In this document: one piece after another, positions 20,458 through 31,150 of the stretch
Numbering within the stretch: position 1 is the stretch's first letter
How the letters are laid out: each line of letters begins with the position of its first letter
DNA from: an uncultured virus (IMG/VR IMGVR_UViG_3300022858_000986)
Lineage: Duplodnaviria > Heunggongvirae > Uroviricota > Caudoviricetes
Direction: 5' to 3' (one strand)
Virus record (IMG/VR): IMGVR_UViG_3300022858_000986
DNA length: 64,000 nt
Program-made: the position numbers and the translations under genes
Notes under the pieces: generated by a model
The model's database searches: none
Told to the model about the DNA's origin: nothing
The model's input: only the letters and a program-made list of their open reading frames with translations

Positions 20458-21123
20458 ATGAAAACTGATAAAAAAAATTACTTATCGCAAATACAAAAAA
20501 CATTAAAAGAAAAAGAAGTGCTAATAAAAGAAATACACCATAGAGTTAAAAATAATAATCAATTATTAATGAGCCTACTTCATTTACAAAGTATGAAAAC
20601 AAGATCAAAAGTAGGACGAAAAATCTTAAACGGCGCCATAACTAGAATAGGAGCAATATCATCAACATATGAAAAATTATACATTAATCAAAATTTATCA
20701 GAGATTAATTTATCAAAATATATGGAAGAAATCATTTCTGACATTTCGTTAGTTTCGTTGGCATCATATGGGATTACTATTGACAAAAAAATTGAAAAAA
20801 ATATAATGTTAAAAGATATAAGCAAGGCCACTCCAATAGCACTAATAGTCAATGAACTATTATCAAACATTGTTAAGCATGCTTTTCCCAAAATAACAAA
20901 GGGAAAGAAAGTAAAAATTAGTTTGACAAATAACGACGATACAATTACTCTTGTTATTGAAGATAACGGCGTTGGTCTACCTGCTAATTATAATATAAGA
21001 AAGCAAGGGACAATGGGTTCGATGTTAATTCAAACATTTGCATCTCAACTTCAGGGCAAGATAAAATATGAAAAAGCATCTAAACAAGGATTGAAGGCTA
21101 CATTAAAATTTAAAATTAAATAG
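20458..21123 (+). CDS. sensor-less histidine kinase (HisKA_2 + HATPase)
   Basis: KEIHHRVKNN.Q, NELLSN..KHAF, IEDNGVGLP, G.MG..LI. Confidence 0.9.
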   Translation: MKTDKKNYLSQIQKTLKEKEVLIKEIHHRVKNNNQLLMSLLHLQSMKTRSKVGRKILNGAITRIGAISSTYEKLYINQNLSEINLSKYMEEIISDISLVSLASYGITIDKKIEKNIMLKDISKATPIALIVNELLSNIVKHAFPKITKGKKVKISLTNNDDTITLVIEDNGVGLPANYNIRKQGTMGSMLIQTFASQLQGKIKYEKASKQGLKATLKFKIK

Positions 21124-21131
21124 GAGAACTC

Positions 21132-21614
21132 GTGTTAAACAAAATTAAAAAAGATTTAGTAAAAGCACAAAAAAACAAAGACAAACCAAAACGTGATGCG
21201 TTAAGAATTATTCTGAATGCAGTTAACGGTTATAAAAAATTAAAAGAGGTAAATAACGAAGCTATTACAGACGAATTAATTTATGATATGGTTGGTAAAG
21301 AAATTAGACAAACAAAAGGTTTACTTGACTATGCATTGAAGGGTCGTAGAATAGCAATGTTAGAAGAGTTAGGCGAAAGATTAAATATTTTAGACAACTA
21401 CATGCCGTCACAAATGACTGACGAAGATATTTATAGTGCATTACTTGTTATAGCAGATAGGTTCGGAATTAAAAAAGTTACAAATGCTGATAGAGGTCGA
21501 CTTATCAAAAAAGCAATTGTTTTAATGCAAGGCAAGACAGACGGCCCAAGAATCAATAGACAAATTACACAAATTATAAAAAATATAGAAGAAGAGGAGG
21601 CGCAAAATGAGTAA
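21132..21614 (+). CDS. YqeY/GatB-like protein
   Basis: IKKDL..A.K.KDK...ALR, IL..YMP.QMT.E, G..DG. Confidence 0.75.
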   Translation: MLNKIKKDLVKAQKNKDKPKRDALRIILNAVNGYKKLKEVNNEAITDELIYDMVGKEIRQTKGLLDYALKGRRIAMLEELGERLNILDNYMPSQMTDEDIYSALLVIADRFGIKKVTNADRGRLIKKAIVLMQGKTDGPRINRQITQIIKNIEEEEAQNE

Positions 21615-22964
21615 AACCTACACATTCCGTAATTTATCAGAATCAGAAATTGAAAGTTTATTAGCAACAGTAGCAACTCAAAAATTATATAGGAGAGCGG
21701 CAATTGAAACAAAAGTTAATTCCATCGAATCAATGGGGACATTTTTAGATGGGACGCCTAAATACTTTATCAAAATTGAAACAGACGATACAAAATTAAT
21801 TGAACGTTTTCAAAAAAATGAAAGAAAAATATAATGAGGTGAATAAAATGTTTGGAAGTAAAATTGAAATACTAGAAGATAAATATAACAAATTACAGGA
21901 GGTATAATGAAATTTGATGTTTTAAAATTAGCACCCGATTTTCCTGATGAATTTGCCTATAAGTATAACAAAACTGCTTTAGAGATTGTGCAAAAAAAAT
22001 TTGACATAGAGAAACTTGCAAACGATGTTTTCGCTATATCAAATAACGAAATGTCATTTTTTGTTATTTATGATGATATTGATAAATGTTGGAATTCAAG
22101 TATTGAAAATGAGCTTAATTTCAAGAAAGAAAAGCTTGAAGAAATTTCAACAAATAATTTTCATCAGTTTGTTGCTTTAAATTGTTTGCATACCGCACTT
22201 GCTGATAATGCAAGGTTATTTTTGAAAGACAATGTAAACGAAATCCTTGACAAAATAATGAAAAAAAGATAATTTTATCTTTAGTTAATAAGGGGGTGGA
22301 GTTGGGCGTAATAAATCAGGAATCATTAGGAAAATTAAAAGATAGATATTGGGAGATTGTAAATGAAAAATAATAAAGTATTTAGTGACTATAATGGTTA
22401 TGCAATTAAATGCCGCAATATTAATGAAAGAATAGAAATTTGCTCAAAAATTAAAACATATGGCTTTGATATCGCAAATGGACTTATCACCAATAATTTG
22501 CAAAACTATTTAACTTTAGTTATTTATAAATCAAGCGGACTTGATGCATATTCATCCTACCCAAAAGAATTAAAATACGTATCTAAAAAAATATTTTTAA
22601 GATTATTCTTAAATGGGAAAGGCAATAAGTTTACAATATACGGAGAAAAAATAAATTAGGAATGGAAAATGACCAAATATCAAAGGTATAAAAATTATGC
22701 GTATGAATGCAAAACTGATAGAGGAAGAATAGAATTATGTACTTACCTGAAAAATAGGGGTCTTAAAGTACCAAAGCAATTAATAAATAAAGAAACCACA
22801 GGTTGGAGAATATTGTATGTTGATCAGCAGGGAATAATAAATGCATACAATGAAATGGCACATAATAAGTTAAAATACATTTCGAAAACTCTTTTTCAAA
22901 GTTTGTTGTTATATCGTTTTTCAATCTATGGCGAAAAAAGAATGTTAGAAAGTTAAATAAAAGA

Positions 22965-23022
22965 TTGACAAAACCACCAATAAGAATACTATAGTAATGT
23001 AAGTGAGAGAGTGAAAGAGATA
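22965..23022 (+). promoter_or_regulatory. repeated early promoter module, copy 5
   Basis: Identical core and leader; upstream of a small ORF and rtcB. Confidence 0.85.
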
Positions 23023-23262
23023 AAAAATAAAGGAGATAAAATGAAATATATTATTTTAGATTGGATGGACGGAACAAGAACGGAAAAAGACACTAAGCAA
23101 GAAATCTTAGATGAATTTGATAAACAAGTTAGTAATGCAAAAAAAGATAATTCAGAACTTGATATAAGTTGTTTTGAAGAAGTTATTGGAGAATTTGATA
23201 TAAGTTGTTCCGAAGTTCTTGGAGAATTTAACAATATAGATGGTAAGGATAGGGAGTAAAAA

Positions 23263-24801
23263 ATGTTTGAAATTAAAGGGAAATACGGGAAAGCTTTTGT
23301 TCATATAGACCATATAGACGAAACAACTATGGCACAAATTCACAAATTTACGAACAATCCTTTCTTCACAGAAGACATGCATATAATGCCTGACACACAC
23401 GCTGGCAAGGGTGCTGTAATCGGTTTCACTATGCCTTTGCATGGATTGAGCATAATTCCCAACATAATTGGAGTTGACGTTAACTGCGGAATGATTTCTA
23501 TAAGATTAAAAGATTTGACCAGAAAACAAAGAAACAGACTCAGAGCAGAAAATGAAAAATATATGTCAAAAATTGATACAAAAATAAGAGAGTTAATTCC
23601 TATGGGATTTAACATACATACAAATAACGATTTGGATTCAACAATATCACCCGAACGTATATTAAAAGATGTTGCCAAAGAGTCGAAAGAAGAAGCAATC
23701 AAATTTGCTCATAAATTCTATAACAAATTTGGAATAAAGATTATAGATAAAATGCCTGATTATACATCTGATAAATTTCCTAAAGATATATTCAAACGTT
23801 CTGGAGTAGATAGCAACAGATTCTATCAATCAATTGGAACTTTGGGTGGCGGAAATCATTTCATAGAAATTGGAAGGGACGAAGAAGATTCGGTTTGGTT
23901 AACAATTCATACTGGTTCAAGAAACTTTGGAAATTTAGTTGCAAAATACTGGCAAGGAATTGCTGTTGATGAGGCGAAGGGAATCAATGGTTCTATCGAA
24001 GACGAAGTAAAAAAATTAATTGAGAAACTAAAAGCTAAAAAACAATTTGATAAAATTCAAAAAGAAGTTGCGAAGTTAAGAAAGGGATATGAGAACATAA
24101 AGGTAAAAGATGCAGATTTAGCCGTATTGACTGGAGATAACGCCGCAGGATATTTCTTTGATATGATATACGCTGGAAAATACGCTGAATATAACAGAAA
24201 AACTATTCTTGAATTAATTACTGAAACATATAACTGGAATTATGATTACATTGTTAGGTCAAATCATAACTTCATTGACTTTAATGATATGATAATTAGA
24301 AAAGGAGCAATCGCATCTTATAAAGGTACATTAATGGTTATTCCTTTTAATATGAGAGACGGTTTGTTAATTGTTTCAGGAAAATCTAATCCTGCATGGA
24401 ACTATAGTTGTGCTCATGGTGCTGGACGTATTATGTCGAGAACTGAAGCCAAAAGAACTTTAAGCCTCCAAGAAGCAGAAGATAGTATGAGGGCGGCTAA
24501 TATTTATACCAAAGGCGTTCCGCTTGACGAAGCCCCTAAGGCTTACAAAGACGCAAAAATAATTGAAGACGCTCTGAAAGACACGATGAGTGTTGTATAT
24601 AGAGTTAAACCCGTTTTAAATATAAAAGATCTTTCGTCAGGGAAGAAATGGAAAAAAATAAGGAAAAATAAAATGAGAAAATCAAAAAAAATAGATACAA
24701 TAGATATAAATCGAGGTGTTTCTTTAGTAGCATTAAGAGATTGGTGCAACAAACAAATTAAAGCGAGCGCCAAAGACAAAGTGCGTACAGATATTGAGTA
24801 G
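23263..24801 (+). CDS. rtcB: RtcB RNA ligase
   Basis: MPDTHAGKG, GVDVNCG, GTLGGGNHFIE, HTGSR, HN, RKGA, HGAGR, DEAP.AYK. Confidence 0.95.
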   Translation: MFEIKGKYGKAFVHIDHIDETTMAQIHKFTNNPFFTEDMHIMPDTHAGKGAVIGFTMPLHGLSIIPNIIGVDVNCGMISIRLKDLTRKQRNRLRAENEKYMSKIDTKIRELIPMGFNIHTNNDLDSTISPERILKDVAKESKEEAIKFAHKFYNKFGIKIIDKMPDYTSDKFPKDIFKRSGVDSNRFYQSIGTLGGGNHFIEIGRDEEDSVWLTIHTGSRNFGNLVAKYWQGIAVDEAKGINGSIEDEVKKLIEKLKAKKQFDKIQKEVAKLRKGYENIKVKDADLAVLTGDNAAGYFFDMIYAGKYAEYNRKTILELITETYNWNYDYIVRSNHNFIDFNDMIIRKGAIASYKGTLMVIPFNMRDGLLIVSGKSNPAWNYSCAHGAGRIMSRTEAKRTLSLQEAEDSMRAANIYTKGVPLDEAPKAYKDAKIIEDALKDTMSVVYRVKPVLNIKDLSSGKKWKKIRKNKMRKSKKIDTIDINRGVSLVALRDWCNKQIKASAKDKVRTDIE

Positions 24802-25953
24802 AACGAATGGTATGAAAATGATATAGATAGTATAGAGTTAATAGCAGAAAAATAAAAGTGGAGTTAAAATGGAAATTATATTATGTGCGGCAACTTGGTA
24901 TGAAGATTTGGAACCATTAGTTGATAGAATCCCACCAAGTATGTATCTTCCTAAAAACATTAATAAAGGTCTTGTATTTTGTGGACACAGGCACCACCAA
25001 TGCTTACTATTAAAAAGTGCAATGACTGGGAAAAAAGATGCAGAATGCGAAATGTTCACACAAGGATTCTTAACTAATAAGAATAGATTTGTAAATAGAA
25101 AAGAGGCGTATGATATTGCATACAAGGCAGACCAAATTGTTGGGCCTAATAGCAATCGTGCGAATAATGATATTGAGCTGACAAGTGAAGACTTGTATTA
25201 AAAAAAGGAGTGTAAGATGATTTTAGTAGGTTTATTTTTAGCGTTATTTAACGTAGTGGTTATTGCGAGAGTAAAAAAGGGCGGATTTTGGAACGAAGAC
25301 TTCCTCAATATTTCGGGATGGTTTTTGGTATTATTGGTTATTTGTAGTATTTTTATGATCTCAATTGCGGGAGAATCATGGCAAGACCACGTTAAGATGC
25401 ATGTAACGTATGATGGTACAATTAGGCAATATCGGAGTGCTGTAACAATGTACAAGGATAAGGCAATACTTAATGTTGATAAAGCATTTACTGATTTCAA
25501 ATATGAAGGCTACCAGGATAATATAGCAATGTTTATTCATGATTTACGTAGTGAGGTTGCTGAATATAATAATCTTTTAATAAGAAAGCGAATGGCGAAG
25601 AGAAATATTCTTATTAACGTTTTAACTTTTTATGATAGGAGTTTGCCGTTAATAACTTTAGAAACGGATAAATAAATTGAGAGGGAATATGCCAGCATTT
25701 ATGTATATATGGTTATTTTTATGTTTAGTATGTGTTTTAGGATTTGGATATAATTTATATCAATTTGATAGAAACGGTGAAATTCTTAGAATACAAATTA
25801 AATGGGTCAAAAATAAAGATAAAAGAGAAAAAAAATATTCTTATGGTTACATGTTTGACCCAAAATTACATAATTGGTTTGGACTTAAATATCCAAAAGA
25901 AGAAGATTATAAATAAGTATATAAATAAAAAGCAGTTTTTAGATAAAATGTGT

Positions 25954-26455
25954 ATATATTATAGTATATACGAAAAAGGAATAAGATTATGATCAAAACA
26001 AAAGGCATAGTAGAGTATGATTTCAATATTAACATTATAATATATGATGACAGGCATTGAGATCATAAAACTAATGCATGGAAAGTATATGAATAGAACA
26101 GAAGAATTTGACATACCCGAAATAGATATACAATTGGAATCAAAAACAATTGTAGCGAAAACGATAAAATTAAAAAGTTGGCATTTTTTAACTAAGAATG
26201 GGTGTATAATATTTGTAAAAAGTAAATTATTATATTGGATATATAAAATTTTGTGGAAAATAAAACCACCTAAAATAGATTTAGATAGTTATCATAATAG
26301 TGATATAGAAGGATAAAATTATTCGAAAAGAAATGTTTCGAATAATTAGAAGATAATAAAATAGTTTTTGTGAAAATTATAGATATATTATAGTATATAC
26401 GAAAAAGGAATAAGATTATGATTAAAACAAAAGACATAGTAGAATACGACTTCAA
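25954..26455 (+). repeat. 73-bp direct repeat pair (25954-26026, 26383-26455)
   Basis: Contains -10-like box, SD and first codons of gene 26418; 5 mismatches; flanks ORF 26044-26316. Confidence 0.9.
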
Positions 26456-26915
26456 GACAGGTACTGGAGAAATCATAGAAGATTTCGGTGAAGTTGTAAG
26501 AAGAGTTAAAGAGAAATTGGCAGAAGGAACAGATATAGTTGCTGTTGGTTGTGATAGTCAAAAAGTTAAAAGACGAACCGTTTTTGTTGTTGCAATCGGA
26601 ATCCTAAATCCAGATAATAGTGGTGGAATTTACTTCACCAAAAAAATAATCGAAAGAAAGAAATTTTCTCTTGTTGAAAAATTATATAAAGAAGCGGCAA
26701 TGATTGTTGAACTTTGTAATAAATTAATTGAAAATGGTATTGAGCCTGATACGGTCGAAGCCCACAGCGATGTTGGTTTTAATGGTAAATCTTCAATGTA
26801 CTTAAAAGGTATTGTGGGAATGATAACGGCATATGGTTTCAAAACAAAAATTAAACCACTTTGTTGGGCGTCAAATTCAATTGCAGATAAAGTTTCAAGA
26901 AAGAAGAGTAATTAA
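26418..26915 (+). CDS. RNase H-like YkuK/DUF458 family protein
   Basis: VGCDSQ, F..AI, KL..EA, H.DVG..GKS, G.....IKP..WAS..AD. Confidence 0.85.
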   Translation: MIKTKDIVEYDFKTGTGEIIEDFGEVVRRVKEKLAEGTDIVAVGCDSQKVKRRTVFVVAIGILNPDNSGGIYFTKKIIERKKFSLVEKLYKEAAMIVELCNKLIENGIEPDTVEAHSDVGFNGKSSMYLKGIVGMITAYGFKTKIKPLCWASNSIADKVSRKKSN

Positions 26916-27471
26916 TATGAGCTTTATAAGAAATATAAATTGCAAACATTTCAGCAAGAGAAACGGGTATTGCGAAAACAAAGAAGTTAAATATCCATGG
27001 TATTCTCTTGGTAGGGCTTGTAAAGTTTTATGCGACGAAGAGTGCGATAAGCAAGAAATGTTTTCGAAACCAAAATTTACTCCACCACCAGGAAAAAGTG
27101 GAGAAGTAAAGGCAAAACCCACACAAATTGAAATTACGATTAAGAAGGAAAAGTAATGGCAATATTTGACTTTCATTTACTCAAACTTGAACATGCATTA
27201 ATATTTCAAGTAATCGACCAACAAATTTTCACGCCAATTTTTGAGCAATTCAAGGCTACAAATGGCTGGCGTGTTGATTGTGATACTGATTTTTACCCAA
27301 ATATTGATAGAATAGCAAATATAATACATTTGCGAAGTTTGAGTTGTACTGAATTAGAAGACAAGTATCATACTCCCGTTCTTATGTTCGAAAATAACGA
27401 TATAAGAAATATAACATACAACGAAATAATGTTAGCTTTAGAAGAGTGGGCGTTAAAAGCTAGGAAATTAA

Positions 27472-29166
27472 ATGAAATATAAAGATTTAATAATTAAGAA
27501 ATTTAACAAATACAAATTAATACCAAGACCAGGACAGCTTAATACGGTTAATTCAATTTTATTACAATACGTAGATGAAAAAATAAACAACGTTGTTTTG
27601 AGTGGCTCGACAGGTTCGGGCAAATCAATTATTGCAGTAATAACATCGGAGTGCTTGTATGATTTGTTGGATAACGAACAAGACAAAAAAGATTATGCAA
27701 AGGCACTAACCTACATTTTGATGCATACAAACACATTAACCAAACAATATCATAGTTCATTTGAAAAATATCCTGACTTTTTAATGATTAAAGGTGCAAG
27801 AAATTACGAATGTCCAATTGTTAGAGATACAGCAGAAAGTTGTATGTTAAGAAATGTTAAGAAATCATTGAGCCCAAAAATAATGCCAAAAGCATGTCAA
27901 AATTGTGAGTATAGATTGACGAGACAAAAGATGGTATTCAAGCCACATTTAATTACAAATTATTCTTATTACTTTGTATCAGCATTATACGCAAAAGCAT
28001 TGCAACATAGATTGCTAACCATTTATGACGAATCGCATTTATTGAATGATATTTTTGCAGGGCATTTGGAGCTTAATATTACAACAAAAAGAATTAGTTT
28101 CTTAAGACGAATATTAAATGACTTACCAATTACAGATTACAAGAAAAAAATGGGTTTGTTGTTAGGATACAGAAGAAGAATCGAAACTGGCAAAGTAAAT
28201 GATTTTAATTACAAAAACTTCATGAAAGAATTTTTCGTTTTGCTAACACAAATTGGCGCCGAATATGACGGCAAGGCTTTGTCATTTTTCGGACTTGATA
28301 AAAAAGACGAATACACAAAACACTTAAAAGCATCAAAAGTATTTTTGGGGTTTGCAAGTAGATATAAAGTATTTACCGACCACAATTATGAAAGTGTAAT
28401 CGACATAGATAAAACCAAAATAAGTTTAAAACCAATTTTCATTAAAAAAATGTTTCAATTGTTAAATAAATCAAAATATAACCTTTTTATGTCGGCAACT
28501 ATTAATAAAGAATATATATCCCAAACACTGGATATACCTTTGAACGAACTTGCGTTTGTTAAACCACCACCAGCATTTGCGCCAGAAACAAAGGAAGTTG
28601 TTTTTATTAATCATCATCCTTATAATTATAAGAAGATGCAAGACCAAGCTGTTCTGGCGGACATAGGAAATATTATTAAAGATATTATTGTGAAGCATAA
28701 AGGCGAAAACGGTATAATTTTAACGCCATCATTTATGCTTAATGAATTTATTGCAAAGGCACTTAGAAATTATAGAGGATTGAGCGACATTAAAATTATT
28801 GAACAAATACGTGGACAACATTTGTCAATTCCGCTCGAAGCTCATAAAAATACAAGGAAAACGTCTGTACTAATTTCCCCATCATTATTTGAAGGAATCG
28901 ATTTACCAAATAAACAATCACAATGGCAAATATTTGTCAAAGCTCCATACGCAAGTTTGGGCGACAAAAGAATAAAGCAAATATTAAATAAATATCCTGA
29001 CATTTATAAAATTAATACTTTGTTTAAAATCATTCAAGGATTTGGCAGAAGTACACGCCACGCAAATGATCATAGTGTTACCTATTGTTTAGATAATCAC
29101 ATATACAATTTATATAAAGATAAAAATAATAAATGGAAAGATGAGTTCAAAATAGTAAAGTTATAA
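27472..29166 (+). CDS. DinG/XPD-like SF2 helicase
   Basis: R.GQ, GSTGSGKS, Cys cluster, DESH, MSAT, EGIDLP, QGFGRSTR. Confidence 0.9.
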   Translation: MKYKDLIIKKFNKYKLIPRPGQLNTVNSILLQYVDEKINNVVLSGSTGSGKSIIAVITSECLYDLLDNEQDKKDYAKALTYILMHTNTLTKQYHSSFEKYPDFLMIKGARNYECPIVRDTAESCMLRNVKKSLSPKIMPKACQNCEYRLTRQKMVFKPHLITNYSYYFVSALYAKALQHRLLTIYDESHLLNDIFAGHLELNITTKRISFLRRILNDLPITDYKKKMGLLLGYRRRIETGKVNDFNYKNFMKEFFVLLTQIGAEYDGKALSFFGLDKKDEYTKHLKASKVFLGFASRYKVFTDHNYESVIDIDKTKISLKPIFIKKMFQLLNKSKYNLFMSATINKEYISQTLDIPLNELAFVKPPPAFAPETKEVVFINHHPYNYKKMQDQAVLADIGNIIKDIIVKHKGENGIILTPSFMLNEFIAKALRNYRGLSDIKIIEQIRGQHLSIPLEAHKNTRKTSVLISPSLFEGIDLPNKQSQWQIFVKAPYASLGDKRIKQILNKYPDIYKINTLFKIIQGFGRSTRHANDHSVTYCLDNHIYNLYKDKNNKWKDEFKIVKL

Positions 29167-29223
29167 CTAAAAAAACTTTATTTCTACTATTTATACATAT
29201 ACTTATAATAATGGAGATAGAAT

Positions 29224-29598
29224 GTGAATAATAGAAAAAATATAAAGGTGCTTATAGTTGAAGATATGGGTATTGTTGCAAAAGATATGCAAGCAAGTTT
29301 GGAAATGCTTGGTTACTCAAACAGCGATATTGCTTTATCTGATAAAGAGGCATTGATACTTGCTAATGAAAACAAATATGATTTAATTTTAATGGACGTT
29401 AGATTGGAAGGTTCTGCACAAGATGGAATAGAAATTGCTAAAATTATTAACAATAATATTCCGATTATATTTTGCACGGCATATTCTGATGTTGAGACAA
29501 TTACACAAATATTAAACGCTCCGCACTTGTCTTACATTTTAAAGCCATTTGAAGTAACAAAAATTAAAGACGTAATAGACGCAATTTTATTAAAATAA
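29224..29598 (+). CDS. single-domain response regulator
   Basis: LIVED, DLILMD, DGIE, IIFCTAY, YILKPF. Confidence 0.9.
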   Translation: MNNRKNIKVLIVEDMGIVAKDMQASLEMLGYSNSDIALSDKEALILANENKYDLILMDVRLEGSAQDGIEIAKIINNNIPIIFCTAYSDVETITQILNAPHLSYILKPFEVTKIKDVIDAILLK

Positions 29599-29840
29599 CA
29601 AAAAAAAATTAAGGAGAAAGGTTATGAACATAATTAAAGAATCAGTAATTAGCTCAAGATTTCTACCAAAAAGAAAAGACATTGGTACATTTTTTATAGA
29701 AATCGTAATTCCATCTGGATACACTTATTTCGAATGGGATAACTTGGTATATAAAGCAAGTTTTGACGCAAACAATATGCCAAGATTTAACCCAACAGGT
29801 AAATTTTTCGACAAATTATAGTAAGACAAAATAGGTTACT

Positions 29841-30004
29841 ATGAGCAATGTACAAGAAGAAATTCAAAAGATAACAATAATGATGTATTTATAATTGATT
29901 TTTACGCTGACTTTTTACACTAATCGGCGTAAAAATCAATTATCGCCATACTTATAGGTGCTGTTGATAAGAAACTATCAGACGCAATAATAAAATTAAA
30001 TTAA
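29841..30004 (+). pseudogene. thioredoxin-like remnant with 20-bp inverted repeat
   Basis: DVFIIDFYAD then inverted copy 29891-29910/29924-29943 in place of WCxxC; LIGAVDK tail. Confidence 0.5.
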
Positions 30005-30248
30005 AGAGGTTGTATTATGGTAAAATATTCAGCAATTTTAAATAAACAAAGTGTTATAAGCCATTTGTCTCAATATTTTGATGACATTAACGATACAGAT
30101 TTGCCCGAAAGATTGGGCGAATTAAAATTATCTGCCGACGATTACTTAAAAATAAAATACACTGATAAGTTAGGATTGAAATTAACATGTATAGTTAAAC
30201 GAGCAGACAAAAAGAAATACGCACTAACAGAATCATTTGGGAGTTAAA

Positions 30249-30488
30249 ATGGCCGAAGAAAAAGACGAAATCAAAAGAGAAAATGATATATTAACATGTG
30301 AGAAATGCGGCGGATATGCCTGAGAAGTTTGTTCAATTATGGTTTATAAAACAAGATTGATGAACCCGCAAATGCAAAAGGACATGTTTGTTCCAGTTAA
30401 AACATTTAGATGTGCTGATTGTAAGAGTATTCCAGATGAATATAATTATTTGAAGCAACAAGAAAAAGGTAACGTAAATTTAATATAA
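30249..30488 (+). CDS. zinc-ribbon protein (1 TGA=Trp)
   Basis: CEKCGGYA*...FRCADC; both CxxC halves are joined only by read-through. Confidence 0.7.
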
Positions 30489-30546
30489 GATAGAAATATC
30501 TTATGATAAATCGTATAATTTTCTGATAGACGTATATATATTATAA

Positions 30547-31073
30547 GCTTCGGTTGGGGGCTTGTTTTCAAAAAATACACAAAATCTTACCCAGCTAGAA
30601 GTACGCTCAAAACCCAATCTGACAGCATCATAGCGTGAATTTTTTCTTTTATTTAATTTTCTTTTTATCAAAAGGATTTTTTAAAAGAAAGAGAATAAAA
30701 TTTAAGTTTCTGAAAGAAACTTAAAAATATACAGAAAAAATTTAATGTTTTAAGTTTCTAGATACTATATACTTTTAGAGTATGCATCCATTATAATGAT
30801 GCACTCGTTAGAGTATCAGTCGAGTACGGGAGACATCCAGCAAACCAAAAATTAATAACTAATGTTAAAATGGTAAGCTGTAGATAGTTTATCTGTAAAA
30901 AAACGACTTGTCTCCAGAATTAAAGTTTGTTTTTTTTTATTGAAGATGAATAATATACAGCGATGAGGTTAGAATCCTCATACAAACAGTTTTTACAGCT
31001 TTTCTAAAAGGCTGTACAGTAAGGACACACTCAGCAAAATAAAATTTCTCTACAAAGAAAAAAAATGCGTCCT
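30547..31073 (+). ncRNA. structured RNA cluster upstream of the TROVE-like gene (Y-RNA-like candidates)
   Basis: Two stem-closed units carrying CAGCAAA (30829-30915, 31022-31073) plus several hairpins; no ORF. Confidence 0.5.
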
Positions 31074-31100
31074 GTTAATTTTTAAGACTAATTTAGAATT

Positions 31101-31128
31101 AGCGGGATTTAATTATCCCGCTTTTTTT
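31101..31128 (+). terminator. intrinsic terminator or attenuator
   Basis: AGCGGGAT-TTAATT-ATCCCGCT + T run, just before the SD of gene 31151. Confidence 0.8.
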
Positions 31129-31150
31129 ATAACCAAAAAAGGAGAATGTT

